From IMG/VR virus record IMGVR_UViG_3300027754_003462: a stretch of DNA of 64,000 nt; one strand, written 5' to 3'. Below are positions 28,880 to 40,900 of this stretch, in pieces. Under the pieces are notes generated by a model. That model saw nothing but the letters and a program-made list of their open reading frames with translations, was not told the DNA's origin and did no database searches. The number at the start of each line of letters is the position of its first letter. The stretch's first letter is position 1. The stretch is from a virus. A program made the translations under genes and the position numbers.

Positions 28880-30007
28880 TTACCAGGCTTTAAGTATGAT
28901 CAAGTTCTCAGTACCCCGGGCATTCCAGGGTGTTTCTGTAGTGGTTAGATCCCGGTAGATCTTTCTAGAGGCTGGCTTGCCTGCGGCCTGTATGGCTCGG
29001 ACAACATCTGCTGGTTTGCGCACAGTTTTTTGCAGTGTTTCCACAGTACTGTAACCAATAATGCTGTTGTTCTTGATGGTAAATGCCTGTGTATGGCTGT
29101 CTGCTACCACATGAATCAACTTGCGTTTCTTGGTATCGTACAACCAGGCTTCGGCCTTGTCCACTAGACTTGCGGCTGGCAGTCCTTTGAGTTTGAGTTC
29201 CACAAACTCTGCTGTGTGTTTGAACTTGGCCGCACGTTTCTCTGGGGGTACTGTCCGGACCTTGCGTGGCTTGCGTTCCACTTTCTTGATCTGAACATAA
29301 GCACCGCAGTCGTTGATCACCGCTTCGCAAAACTTTACGCAATTACGCAATTGAATCTTGGTCAGGTACGAGTATGCTTCCACCAGCAATGGATCCTTGC
29401 CCGCCACTGCCTCTTCAAACTCTGCCAGTTTGCGTTTCCAACGATTGGAGATTTCACTGGTCATTTGTGGCGCCACGTTCATACCACGGATTACCATGAT
29501 AGGCTTGTAGTCTGCTGACATCTTGGCACCGGCCATCATGAATTCATCAAACATGCCATCCAACTCAGCCGCACACTCGCCAACTTTTTCTCTCAGGCGA
29601 TCTTGTATGTTAGGCCGGGCTGGTCCTTCTTGGGCTGGCTCAGCATCCGCCTCAACTGTTTGTTTGCTGGATAAAATTTCTTTTAGCAAGTTGTCCAGTT
29701 TGATCTGTTCTGTTTCGCTTAACTCTAATCCCACCATCTTCATGCGACATAACCAGCCTGTGGTTAGGCGTATAGCCGAATCTGGAATGCTTTTTAGTAC
29801 TCGCACATCTGCCTTGCGATCCTGCGACTCCAAGTAGTTCACAATCATTTCACGAGCATCTTTTTTGCCGTAAAAATAGTTGTACCAACTGAATGCTTTG
29901 CTCAGGGCACTGATGCGATTTTCTGTGGGTTGTGTTTTCCACGGAGGCTCTCCACCCATGACATTGGTATCAGAACTACGGGGGTTCAGCAGTTTAATGG
30001 GTTTCAT
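28880..30007 (-). CDS. Hypothetical early protein
   Basis: 375-aa ORF with AAGGAG SD, driven by a consensus sigma70 promoter. Confidence 0.7.
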   Translation of the reverse strand: MKPIKLLNPRSSDTNVMGGEPPWKTQPTENRISALSKAFSWYNYFYGKKDAREMIVNYLESQDRKADVRVLKSIPDSAIRLTTGWLCRMKMVGLELSETEQIKLDNLLKEILSSKQTVEADAEPAQEGPARPNIQDRLREKVGECAAELDGMFDEFMMAGAKMSADYKPIMVIRGMNVAPQMTSEISNRWKRKLAEFEEAVAGKDPLLVEAYSYLTKIQLRNCVKFCEAVINDCGAYVQIKKVERKPRKVRTVPPEKRAAKFKHTAEFVELKLKGLPAASLVDKAEAWLYDTKKRKLIHVVADSHTQAFTIKNNSIIGYSTVETLQKTVRKPADVVRAIQAAGKPASRKIYRDLTTTETPWNARGTENLIILKAW

Positions 30008-30034
30008 CAGGGCTCCTTTAGTGGTAATACAGTA

Positions 30035-30063
30035 ATTATAGCACTTTGGGATTTATTGGTCAA
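30035..30063 (-). promoter_or_regulatory. Sigma70-type early promoter
   Basis: TTGACC-17 nt-TATAAT. Confidence 0.85.
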
Positions 30064-30080
30064 CCGCCCATAAATACTGC

Positions 30081-30791
30081 ATGATCTTCAATGATAGCAA
30101 ATATACACGTTGGTATAATCAACTCGTCGGGCAAGCAGGGGCTCGAATTTTGCCACGAGATGTTTATACAGAGAAACATCATATTGTTCCCCAAAGCCTC
30201 GGAGGAAACAATAGCATAGACAATCTGGTTAGGCTTACTGCCCGTGAGCATTTTGTTTGCCATTGGTTGCTTACCAAGATGGTTACCGGAGTAAATCAAA
30301 AAAAAATGGCCTATGCTTGTAAGCGAATGATGCATAGCAAAAATTCTAGCCAACCCAGATATCAAATTACATCAAGAATATACGAGAACCTTAAGATTCA
30401 ATTAAATGTAATGCTTAAAAATAGGCAGTTCAGTGAGTCTTGGAAAGAAAAATTAAAACAAGCGGCTAGAAAACGTGCTGACAATGAAAGTATCGATGCC
30501 AAAGAAATTAGAAGAAAAACTATGATTAGTGTCAATAAATCGCGCAAAGGTGAGAAACGATTAGCCACCACAGGTGACAAAAATCACATGTTTGGAATAA
30601 GACTAACTGGAGAGAGCAATCACTTTTTTGGAAAGAAACACACAGAAGAAACTCTTGCAAAACTTAAAGTCCCAAAACCTAAATTTCAATGTCAACATTG
30701 TAAGACAGTTGTAGGTGGCCAATCAAATTTAATACGCTGGCACAACGACAATTGTAAATTAATTTTAGGAGAATTAAAATTCCACGCCTGA
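30081..30791 (+). CDS. Free-standing HNH homing endonuclease
   Basis: EKHHIVP.SLGG...NLV.LTAREHF.CH, NUMOD3-like FFGKKHTEET and C-terminal CQHC..WH..C. AT-rich. Confidence 0.85.
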   Translation: MIFNDSKYTRWYNQLVGQAGARILPRDVYTEKHHIVPQSLGGNNSIDNLVRLTAREHFVCHWLLTKMVTGVNQKKMAYACKRMMHSKNSSQPRYQITSRIYENLKIQLNVMLKNRQFSESWKEKLKQAARKRADNESIDAKEIRRKTMISVNKSRKGEKRLATTGDKNHMFGIRLTGESNHFFGKKHTEETLAKLKVPKPKFQCQHCKTVVGGQSNLIRWHNDNCKLILGELKFHA

Positions 30792-32152
30792 GCATGTACC
30801 GGCCCAACCGGACTCGAGATTATCAATTCCTTGACCGCATCATAAGTGAGCAATACACTGTAGGTGGCCTCGACATTTTCCTGCACCGATACATGGGACC
30901 GCAAACCGGAGGCGAAGATAGTGCATTTTCGGGCAACGGTGATGCCACCCAGCCCACTTATGATAACTTGGATCCTTTGAACATCCAAGATCTCCTGTTG
31001 TTAGAAAACCGTGACAGAATTTACGATCCAGACGTGTATTGCATGCGTGGCGTGTACAATCATCAAGACATTGACTTTGATCTAACACAATTTGGCCTGT
31101 TCTTGAACAACGATACGTTGTTCATCACATTCCACTTCAACGACATGATTGACATATTAGGACGTAAAATCATGAACGGTGACGTGCTAGAAGTGCCCAA
31201 TCTAAAAGATTACTATCCATTGAACCCGTCTATTCCCCAGCCATTACCTCGTTACTATGTGGTGCAAGATGCTGACTATGCCACAGAGGGCATGAGCCAA
31301 ACCTGGTTGCCACACACCTGGCGTGTGAAGGCCACACCAATGACCAACAATCAAGAGTTCAAAGACATACTCAAGAAACCTGTGGTCAGCGAAAATATCT
31401 GGGACAACGGCAACTTCTATCCCACTGGCTGGATTACCAACTACGGCGATGTGTACTATCAAGCCCGACAAAACGTACCTGCTGGTACAGACATCACAAA
31501 CACTGACTACTGGCAATTGTATACTCCACTTACACAAAGCGATGTGTTCAGCACTCGTCCCAAAGACAATCAAATCAACGATGCCATACTCACACAGGCA
31601 GATGTAGAGGTTCCACTAAGTGGTTACGATGTCAAACCGCTGTATGTTGTGCCTACCCTGGACAACGGACAACCAGCCAATCCAATTGGTCTAACAAACC
31701 AGAGTGGCGACACAGTGGATGGTACACAAGGTGGCATGAATGTCACATCAAAGGCCGATGGCTATACCGTGGGCTACTTGTCCGGTGATGGGGTTCCGCC
31801 AAATGGGCTGCCAGTTACTTCAGGAGTACAATTCCCATTGGGTGCTGTGGCCGGCGACTACTGCTTGCGAGTGGATTACTTTCCCAATCGACTGTTCCGC
31901 TACGACAGCCGACGTTGGGTCAAAATTGAGGACAAAGTGCGAACAAATCTCAACAACGGGCCTACCAATGATACTTTACGGTCGGGCTTTGTCAACAATA
32001 CATACACTACGTCCACAACAGATCTTGGTAATATCCCACAACGTCAGAGTCTCAGCCAGATACTGAGACCACGTGCAGACAATGGAGACCAGAAAGGTTT
32101 TCAGGATCCCAATCCGCCACCTGATACACAACCGGGCCAGAAATCGAGTTAA
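30779..32152 (+). CDS. gp14: Neck protein gp14-like with extensions (probable ATT start at 30779, first ATG at 30794)
   Basis: DLLLLENRDR, FDLTQFGLF and GDVLEVP motifs. Precedes the gp15-like gene. Confidence 0.7.
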   Translation: MPRLSMYRPNRTRDYQFLDRIISEQYTVGGLDIFLHRYMGPQTGGEDSAFSGNGDATQPTYDNLDPLNIQDLLLLENRDRIYDPDVYCMRGVYNHQDIDFDLTQFGLFLNNDTLFITFHFNDMIDILGRKIMNGDVLEVPNLKDYYPLNPSIPQPLPRYYVVQDADYATEGMSQTWLPHTWRVKATPMTNNQEFKDILKKPVVSENIWDNGNFYPTGWITNYGDVYYQARQNVPAGTDITNTDYWQLYTPLTQSDVFSTRPKDNQINDAILTQADVEVPLSGYDVKPLYVVPTLDNGQPANPIGLTNQSGDTVDGTQGGMNVTSKADGYTVGYLSGDGVPPNGLPVTSGVQFPLGAVAGDYCLRVDYFPNRLFRYDSRRWVKIEDKVRTNLNNGPTNDTLRSGFVNNTYTTSTTDLGNIPQRQSLSQILRPRADNGDQKGFQDPNPPPDTQPGQKSS

Positions 32153-32154
32153 TC

Positions 32155-33561
32155 ATGAGTCAAATGTTTTTTTACGATGCGCAAATACGCAGATTTTTAT
32201 TGCAGTTCACACGAATTGTCAGCAACTTTCAAATTGAATATGGCAACGAAACAGATGGCGTGAACAATGCCGCACTAATACGTGTGCCTGTTCGTTACGG
32301 AGATGCTAGTCGTAATGCTCAAGTTATTATCCAGGAGAATAGTCGCAACTCAATGCCAGCCTCACCGCTGATGACGTTCTACGTATCAAGTTTAGATTAT
32401 GATCGTCCCAGAATGCAAGAGCCGTATCATGTGAGCAAAATTCAAGTTCGCCAACGTGCTTATGATACCGAAACTGACTCATTTGAAACCACCCAAGGCA
32501 ATGCGTTCACAGTAGAGCGACTGATGCCTGTGCCTTATAAACTAGGAATTACACTGGACATCTGGACAAGCAATACCAATCAAAAAATGCAGTTGTTGGA
32601 ACAAATACTGACCTTGTTCAATCCCAGTCTGGAAGTGCAAAGCACCGACAACTTTATTGACTGGACTAGCCTGAGTGTGGTTGATCTAGAGTCAGTGACC
32701 TGGACGTCAAGAACTGTGCCAATTGGTACTGAAAATCCCATTGACATGGCCACTATCAAGTTTAGCCTGCCCATATGGATTAGTTCACCGGCCAAGGTCA
32801 AGAAACTGGGCGTGGTAGAACGTGTGATCATGAGCATGTATGATGCGCAAGGTGATCTAAGCAATGCGGTCACAGACAATGACTTGTTGTTGGGCACCAG
32901 AGTCATAGTCACTCCTTGGAATTATGAAACTGTGGTAATTGGCAATCAAATACAATGCTTGCAAGGCCGTACTATTGTGCCCAATGGTGCCAATGATGAT
33001 TTGACCCCCACAGCAATTGTAGCAGGCAGTAGCCTGTTATGGCCGGCTGTGATCAGTGCCTACGGTGTGTTACGCCCGGGTATCAGTCAAATACGTCTGG
33101 ATCAAGAGGATGGTACTACAATTGTGGGAACCATTGTGATCAATCCCAACGATGATCGATTGTTGATTTATGATATTGATCAAGACACAGCACCACAAAA
33201 CACCTTGGATCCTATCACTGCCATTATTGATCCACTAATATCTGGTCCCAATTATGGATTGCCTGCACCGGCTGTGGGTCAACGCTATTTGTTAACTGAC
33301 GCAACTGGCGCAACAATCAACACATATCCTCCAGAAGCATGGCAAGGTGCTGTGGGACAACAGTTGGTAGCAAGTGCCAATGATGTGATTGAATGGACTG
33401 GTATCTACTGGCGAATTGTTTTTAACAGTGTGGCTCAAGCGGCAACTGTTCAATATGTCACAAACATTACCACAGGTGTTCAATACGAATGGACTGGTGT
33501 CGAATGGGTCAAGAGTTATCAAGGTGTGTATGTTGGAGGCACATGGAGTCTAGTGCTTTGA
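32155..33561 (+). CDS. gp15: Tail terminator/sheath stabiliser gp15-like with C-terminal extension
   Basis: FFYD.QIRR, RVPVRYG, MPVPY, QLLEQIL.LFNP. Confidence 0.8.
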   Translation: MSQMFFYDAQIRRFLLQFTRIVSNFQIEYGNETDGVNNAALIRVPVRYGDASRNAQVIIQENSRNSMPASPLMTFYVSSLDYDRPRMQEPYHVSKIQVRQRAYDTETDSFETTQGNAFTVERLMPVPYKLGITLDIWTSNTNQKMQLLEQILTLFNPSLEVQSTDNFIDWTSLSVVDLESVTWTSRTVPIGTENPIDMATIKFSLPIWISSPAKVKKLGVVERVIMSMYDAQGDLSNAVTDNDLLLGTRVIVTPWNYETVVIGNQIQCLQGRTIVPNGANDDLTPTAIVAGSSLLWPAVISAYGVLRPGISQIRLDQEDGTTIVGTIVINPNDDRLLIYDIDQDTAPQNTLDPITAIIDPLISGPNYGLPAPAVGQRYLLTDATGATINTYPPEAWQGAVGQQLVASANDVIEWTGIYWRIVFNSVAQAATVQYVTNITTGVQYEWTGVEWVKSYQGVYVGGTWSLVL

Positions 33562-33971
33562 AGGCAGTGGGAGTGTGGTTCCGCAGTCGGGACACCAAAC
33601 GCTATCTCTATCTCTTGAGAAACGACGTCAAGCATCCGGGTGCCTGGGGCCTGCCTGGCGGCAAGATCGAAACTGGCGAAACCTTGCTAGGTGGGATGGA
33701 ACGTGAGTGTATTGAAGAACTGGGTTTCTTTCCCACTTACTTGAGATTGATACCCTTGGAAAAGTTTACATCAGCAGATTTGGCTTTTGAATATCACACC
33801 TGGATATGTGTTGTGGACACTGAATTTGTGCCTAGACTCAACTATGAGCACTTGGGATATGCCTGGATTGACGCTGGCACTTGGCCCAAGCCCATGCATC
33901 CTGGGTTATGGAATACCATGAATATTGACGCTGTGCAACAAAAAATTCAGCAGATAGAACAGACTTTATAG
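33543..33971 (+). CDS. NUDIX hydrolase
   Basis: Nudix box GGKIETGETLLGGMERECIEELG. GGAGG SD before 33543. Confidence 0.85.
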   Translation: MESSALKAVGVWFRSRDTKRYLYLLRNDVKHPGAWGLPGGKIETGETLLGGMERECIEELGFFPTYLRLIPLEKFTSADLAFEYHTWICVVDTEFVPRLNYEHLGYAWIDAGTWPKPMHPGLWNTMNIDAVQQKIQQIEQTL

Positions 33972-34913
33972 TCTGCCGACCACAATCTCAATTGTACCTG
34001 ACACGCCGTCAAAGTTTTCCAATGCTTTGCCGATCACTGTGCCCATGGCAGGTGCGGCACTGGCTTGTGCATATCCATTGCCGGCTGTGACCATCATGTC
34101 ACCTTTGCGTATGGTACCTGTTACTGACGTTGGCACACGACCTTGAAGAGCCACTGCCACCTTGTGTTCGCTTTCAAGCACACTGTTCATCAAGTGAGCA
34201 GGGTTGGTAGATACAACTCCGGCTACTCGCGGATCAGCATTGGTAGTTGATATAGTAACTTCATTTTTGCCACCAAAAATCAACACAGTGCCTGGTGCGT
34301 ATTCAGCGTCGGTTGAATAAAGTTCTGCTAAGTCAGCGTACTGTGCTGTGGTTGCTTTGCCAAACACAGTGTTAAAATAAACTGTTGAGTTACCGATATT
34401 GCCAACACCGTTGGCATTGTTGTTGACAATATTACCGGCACTAACGTTGCCAGTTGATACGGTTAAACTTGAGCCTGTGATGGCCGCGCCTGTAATTGCG
34501 CCAGTTGCAGAAATCAATCCACCTGTCAAGATGTTGCCACCAGTTACGTTAGCAGTTACTGATACAACTGCACCCAAATGACTCGAACCGGTGATAGTAC
34601 CGGTTGCTGATACTAAGCCACCTGTCAACACATTACCACCAGTTACGTTGGCTGTTGCCGAAATCACTCCACCTGTCAATACATTACCACCGGTTATGTT
34701 GGCAGCACTGGTTATGGTTGATGTTGCTGATATCAACCCACCAGTGAGCAAGTTACCACCGGTTACGTTGCCTGAGAATGTCGCAGTAGAAACAACCAGC
34801 GTGCCAATGATGTTTCCGCCGTAGATGTTGCCTGTAGCGGAGATAATACCGGCACTGGATATGATATTACCTGTTGCTGATATTCCTGTTGTGCCGTCTA
34901 GTGATAATGCCAT
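33966..34913 (-). CDS. Short repeat fibre protein with C-terminal YADLAE domain (S74-like chaperone/autocleavage type)
   Basis: TGGN repeats followed by AQYADLAE..VAGVVST.PA.LMN..GRVP..KGD..IGKALE. Confidence 0.7.
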   Translation of the reverse strand: MALSLDGTTGISATGNIISSAGIISATGNIYGGNIIGTLVVSTATFSGNVTGGNLLTGGLISATSTITSAANITGGNVLTGGVISATANVTGGNVLTGGLVSATGTITGSSHLGAVVSVTANVTGGNILTGGLISATGAITGAAITGSSLTVSTGNVSAGNIVNNNANGVGNIGNSTVYFNTVFGKATTAQYADLAELYSTDAEYAPGTVLIFGGKNEVTISTTNADPRVAGVVSTNPAHLMNSVLESEHKVAVALQGRVPTSVTGTIRKGDMMVTAGNGYAQASAAPAMGTVIGKALENFDGVSGTIEIVVGRL

Positions 34914-34934
34914 TCTAATTAGTCCTTGCTGTAT

Positions 34935-37900
34935 TTATGGTGCGTAAACATATAGCGTCGAAGCATCGGGCACTGTAATGTTGTATCCAGTTGCAATTGT
35001 AACCGGACCCAATAGCAGTGCATTTACAGCATTTGCCACAGTTACGTTGGCTTCCAGAGTCTTTGGCCCTGCAAATGACCCATACATGGTCAAACTGCCC
35101 AGATTAATAACCACAGTGTTTGATGCCCCGCCCACGCTCATGGCAATATTGCCCGAAGCAGCCGGAATAGTGATATTTGTAGAACCGTTTGCAATTCTGT
35201 CCGCAGTACCTGCGCTGAGTCCGGTTAAAAACGCACCATTTCCAACATAATAATTAGCAGTAATATTGCCAGTTGCTGAAATTTGTCCAGCAGTTAAAAT
35301 GTTACCACCAGTGATGTTGGCTGTAACTGATACCACAGCACCCAGATGACTTGTGCCAGTTACTGTGCCTGTTGCTGATATTAGTCCGCCGGTTAATAAA
35401 TTGCCGCCAGTGGTATTGCCACTAACAGTGACCGAAGTCAGTGTGCCAACACTTGTGATGTTTGGTTGTGCGGCGGTGGTCACTGTGCCAGCAGTGGTTG
35501 CGCTTGTTGCTGTGGTTGCACTGCCCACAGTTAACGATGAGGCAGTGCCCGTCAATCCAGTTCCTGCACCACTAAATGATGATCCAGTTATAGTACCTGT
35601 GGCTGATATCAGGCCACCCGTCAACAAGTTACCACCGGTTACGTTAGCAGTTACGCTTACTACAGCACCCAAATGACTTGTGCCAGTAATAGTACCAGCG
35701 GCACTGATCAGGCCACCTGTCAAGATATTACCACCCGTAACGTTACCTGTGGCACTAAGTGTGGTTCCAGAAATTACGTTAGCGCCTGAAATATTACCAC
35801 CCGACCCGCTGGTAATGATATTTCCACCTGTAACGTTGCCTGTGGCACTAACAAGTCCACCTGTTAGTACGTTGCCACCTGTAACGTTGGCAGCACTTGT
35901 GATTGTTGAAGTGGCTGATATTAATCCTCCAGTTAAGATGTTACCACCTGTGATGTTAGCCACCGCTGATACAATGGCGCCGGATAACAAGTTACCGCCA
36001 GTTATGTTGGCTGTGGCACTTACAAGCCCACCTGTCAGCAAGTTACCACCTGTGATGTTGGCTGTTACTGATACAACTGCACCCTGGTGACTTGTGCCAG
36101 TGATAGTACCGGCTGCTGATACTAAGCCACCTGTCAGCAAGTTGCCACCTGTGATGTTGGCAGCACTTGTGATTGTTGATGTGGCACTTACAAGCCCACC
36201 TGTCAGCAAGTTACCACCTGTGATGTTGGCTGCCGATATAATGTTTCCACTTGCTGAAACAATACCAGTTACATATTCACCAGTTGTAGCAAACACCGCC
36301 ACATTACTTGTTCCACCGACTCCAACAGAGACATTGCCACCTGAACTCACAACGCTGACGTTTGATGTACCACTGACTATCTGTGTAGGAGTTCCGGTAG
36401 CAATACCAGTTAACTGTGATCCGTTACCAATAAAGAAGTTACCAGAGACGTTACCAGTTGCACTTATAAGTCCAGCAGTTAAGATATTGCCACCAGTTAC
36501 GTTGGCTGTGACTGATACCACAGCACCCAAATGACTTGTGCCAGTTACAGTACCTGCGGCACTGATCAGTCCACCTGTTAATAAATTACTACCTGTGATG
36601 TTGGCAGCACTTATGATTGTTGATGTTGCTGATATTAATCCAGCAGTTAATAGGTTGCCACCAGAAACGTTGGCTGTTACAGCCAAACTGCCCAGTGTAC
36701 CAACTGAAGTGATAGCAGTTTGTGCGGCAGTGGTCAATGTGCCAGTCAAGTTGGTGGCACTAACTAGAGTCGCACCAGTCAAGTTACCTGCTGTAATGTT
36801 ACCAGTTACTGCCAGTGATGTCAGAGTTCCAACACTAGTGATATTACCTTGTGCCGCTGTGGTCACTGTACCTGCTGTGGTTGCTGATGTAGCAGTGGTT
36901 GCACTGCCCACAGTCAACGATGAAGCAGTACCGGTCAATCCAGTTCCTGCACCACTAAACGATGATGCGGTCACAGCACCTGTGGCCGATATTAGGCCTG
37001 CTGTTCTTATGTTGCCACCTTGTATGTTGCCAGTAACGCTCAAAATACCAGTAGGTATATTGGTTTGTCCTGTGCCATTCACATTTAGATTGATGTTGCC
37101 GTTGGCTGAGGTATTGACCCACAACTCGCCCCCGTTAACGATGTTGCCAGTTAAACTTATGTTGCCTGCACTAATGATTGCACCAGTTGCCGAAATCAAT
37201 CCAGCAGTTAGTAAGTTTCCACCGGTTACATTACCGGTTGCGGTGATCAATCCAGCTGTCAACAAGTTACCACCTGTTATGTTGGCAGCACTTGTAATGG
37301 TTGATGTAGCACTGAGTAGGCCACCAGTGAGCAAGTTGCCCCCAGTGATATTGCCTGTACCACTAGCAACACCAGATCCAAACAACAAATTACCCGCAGT
37401 TATATTACCCGTGGTTGATACTGGGTTTGTACCCAAGGCAGCCAGGTTGGCCACAACGTTGGCATTGCCATAACTTGAGGCGATCCCAGTCAGTTGTGAA
37501 CCATTGCCAATGAAAACATTGCCAGAAATGTTACCGGTTGCTGATATCAGCCCACCTGTCAACAAGTTACCACCTGTGACGTTGGCAGCAGCCGAGATTA
37601 GGCCACCAGTTAGTAAGTTACCGCCGGTAATATTTGCTGATACACTTACCACAGCACCCAAATGACTTGAACCAGTTACAGTACCAGTTGCTGAGACTAA
37701 TCCACCAGTTAAGACATTGCCACCAATGATGTTGGCACCACTGGTAATAGTCGATGTAGCACTTATTAAACCACCTGTCAATACATTGCCGCCGGTTACG
37801 TTGGCTGTGGCACTTATTAATCCAGCAGTTAATACATTGCCACCTGTGATATTTGCCGCTGACGTAATAGTTGATGTGGCTGATATCAATCCACCAGTTA

Positions 37901-40900
37901 GTAAATTACCACCTGTGATGTTGCCCACAGCACTGGCTGTGGTTGCAATCTGTGCGGCATTCAAATAGGCTGTGCCCCAGTAATTACTAGGACCACCAAA
38001 AGCCAAAGTGGCGTTGGCTGCGGGTGTGACAGCAATATTACTTTGCCAACTTGTGGTGGTGTTGTTGAATCTCCAGGTGGCCAAGTTGTTGTTACCAACA
38101 TCTAGACCAGCATTGTTCAGTGCGGCACCTGTGTTTTGATTGTTACCAACAGTGATGTTGAGATCATTGGTGGTAATTGTGTTTGAATTGATGGTTGTGG
38201 TATTGCCGTAAACTGTCAGATTACCATAGATAATGGCATCGCCTGTGTTGCCAGTTCCGATACTCAATGATCCGCCTGTGACCGCACCCACTGCCGAAAC
38301 TTGTCCAGCAGTCAATATATTACCACCGGTTATATTGGCAGCACTTGTGATTGTTGATGTTGCCGATATCAATCCAGCGGTTAGCAAGTTGCCACCGGTG
38401 ATGTTGGCAGTTGCTGATACAATAGCCGCAGATAATAAATTTCCACCAGTTACGTTGGCTGTGACACTTACCACAGCACCCAAATGACTCGAACCAGTGA
38501 TAGTACCGGTTGCTGATACTAAACCGCCTGTTAATAAATTACCACCAGTTACATTGGCGGCACTTGTGATTGTTGATGTAGCACTTACTAGGCCACCTGT
38601 CAATACATTACCACCAGTTACATTGGCAGTAACACTTACTACTGTGCCCAGGAAACTTGAACCAGTTACTGTACCTGTTGCTGATATTATGCCAGCAGTT
38701 AATACATTACCACCTGTAACGTTACCTGTTGCTGATACCAATCCAGCAGTTAATAAGTTACCGCCAGTTACGTTACCGGCCACGCTGAGTGCTGAGCCGC
38801 TGGTGTTGGCAATGGCAACAATGGTATTGCCAGTGTAACTCACTGTAGTGTTACCAGCGTTTGCGCCAATGGTCAATGTGCTGTTGCCTGCCACCCCACT
38901 AAAAATAGTCACGTTACTGGTGGAGTTGGCAACACCGTTGGCAGCAAGATTGATTGATTTGGTATTGGCACTGGATGTTGCACCTGTGCCAATGTTTAGA
39001 GTTTGTGTGGCAGTGGACTGACCAATTAAAATATTGCCGGTTTGTGTTGCGCCACCAATGGTTGTGGCGCCTGTGGTTGCATTGGTTCCAAGTAATGTAG
39101 TTGTTGACGATGTACCAACTAAACTGATGGTACTGGTTGCAATAAGGGTACTATTTGCAGATAAAGCCGTGACGCTGAGTGTTCCACTGATCGATGGACT
39201 TGCACTTAACACAACACTGCCGGATCCGGTCGCTGTGCTAAAATCAGTGAGACCAGACTCCCAATCAGCGGCGGTGGTCAGTGCTGTTCCAATACAGGTA
39301 CACATTGCAGTTGTACCTGCAAGCACTGTGATAACTGCATTTAATCCTGACGACTGAACTGTTACACTTCCAGTGCTGTTGTTAACAATATGGAATGTCC
39401 AACCTGTTTGTAATGTACTCGTTACTGGCAATACAACTGTTTGTGTAGTTGCTCCAGTAAATTGCTGATAATACGAACTTGTATTATCTAATGTAGTTGT
39501 TCCGGCTGCGGTTACAGTCGAAGTGTAGCCCATTAATGCTGCCATCGCAGCCGGAGCAGAAGTTTTTCCTGTTCCGCCGTAAGCAAGTCCAACTGCGTTT
39601 GCTGACCAAGTACCAGTTGTGAGATTTCCAACACCTGTGATATTGGTTTGACTGGCTGTGGTCAATGTACCTGCGACGCTTGTGCCCGACAGGTTACCGC
39701 CTGTGATGTTACCAGTGGCAGATATCAGGCCGCCTGTTAATAAGTTACCACCAGTAATGTTGCCTGTACCACTAGTAATACCTGCCCCAAAAAACAAATT
39801 GCCCGCAGTCACGTTACCTGTAGTTGATACTGGATTTGATCCCAAGGCAGCCAAGTTGGCCACAACGTTGGCATTGCCATATGTTCCAGTAATACCAGTC
39901 AGTTGCGAGCCATTACCAATGAACACATTGCCACTAATATTACCAGCGGCACTTATCAGGCCACCAGTCAAGATGTTACCACCAGTGACATTGGCTGCTG
40001 AAGTTATGGTTGAGGTGGCTGAAATTAATCCACCCGTTAAGAGGTTACCACCAGTGACATTGGCTGCCGAAGTTATGGTTGATGTGGCACTGATCAATCC
40101 ACTAGTGAGTAAGTTACCACCAGTGATGTTGCCTGTACCACTAGTAATACCTGATCCAAACAACAAATTACCCGCAGTTATGTTACCTGTGGTTGATACT
40201 GGGTTAGATCCCAAAGCAGCCAAGTTGGCCACAACATTGGCGTTGCCATAACTTGAGGCGATACCAGTCAGTTGTGAGCCGTTACCAATGAACACATTGC
40301 CACTAATATTACCAGCGGCACTTATCAATCCGCCTGTTAAAAAGTTTCCGCCTGTGGCGTTGGCCGTAACAGCCAGTGAACCTAATGTGCCAACGCTTGT
40401 GATATTGGTTTGACTGGCGGTGGTCAATGTACCTGCAATGCTTGTGCCCGACAAATTGCCGGCTGTGATATTGCCAGTGGCACTTATCAATCCGGCAGTT
40501 AAGATGTTACCACCTGTGATGTTACCGCTTGCACTAACAACAGCCGCAGTTATCTGAGTTGCACCGCCGGCACCTGTCAATACTGTTTGTCCACCTGCTG
40601 GATTGGTTAGCACAAGTGCTGTGGCATTGGCACTAATTGTACTGTTACCCAAATAGATTGTGCTGTTGCTCAACCACAAATCTCGCCAACGTTGTGTGTT
40701 TGAACCCAGATCATACGTGATGTTGGCAGCCGGCAATATGTTACCGATTATGTTGCCGCTGATGCTTAATCCACCTGTCAATAAGTTGCCACCAGTGATG
40801 TTACCTGTTACACTTACCACTGCGCCCAAATGACTTGTACCAGTAATTGTGCTTGCGGCACTTATTACACCACCAGTCAAGATGTTGCCACCAGTTACGT

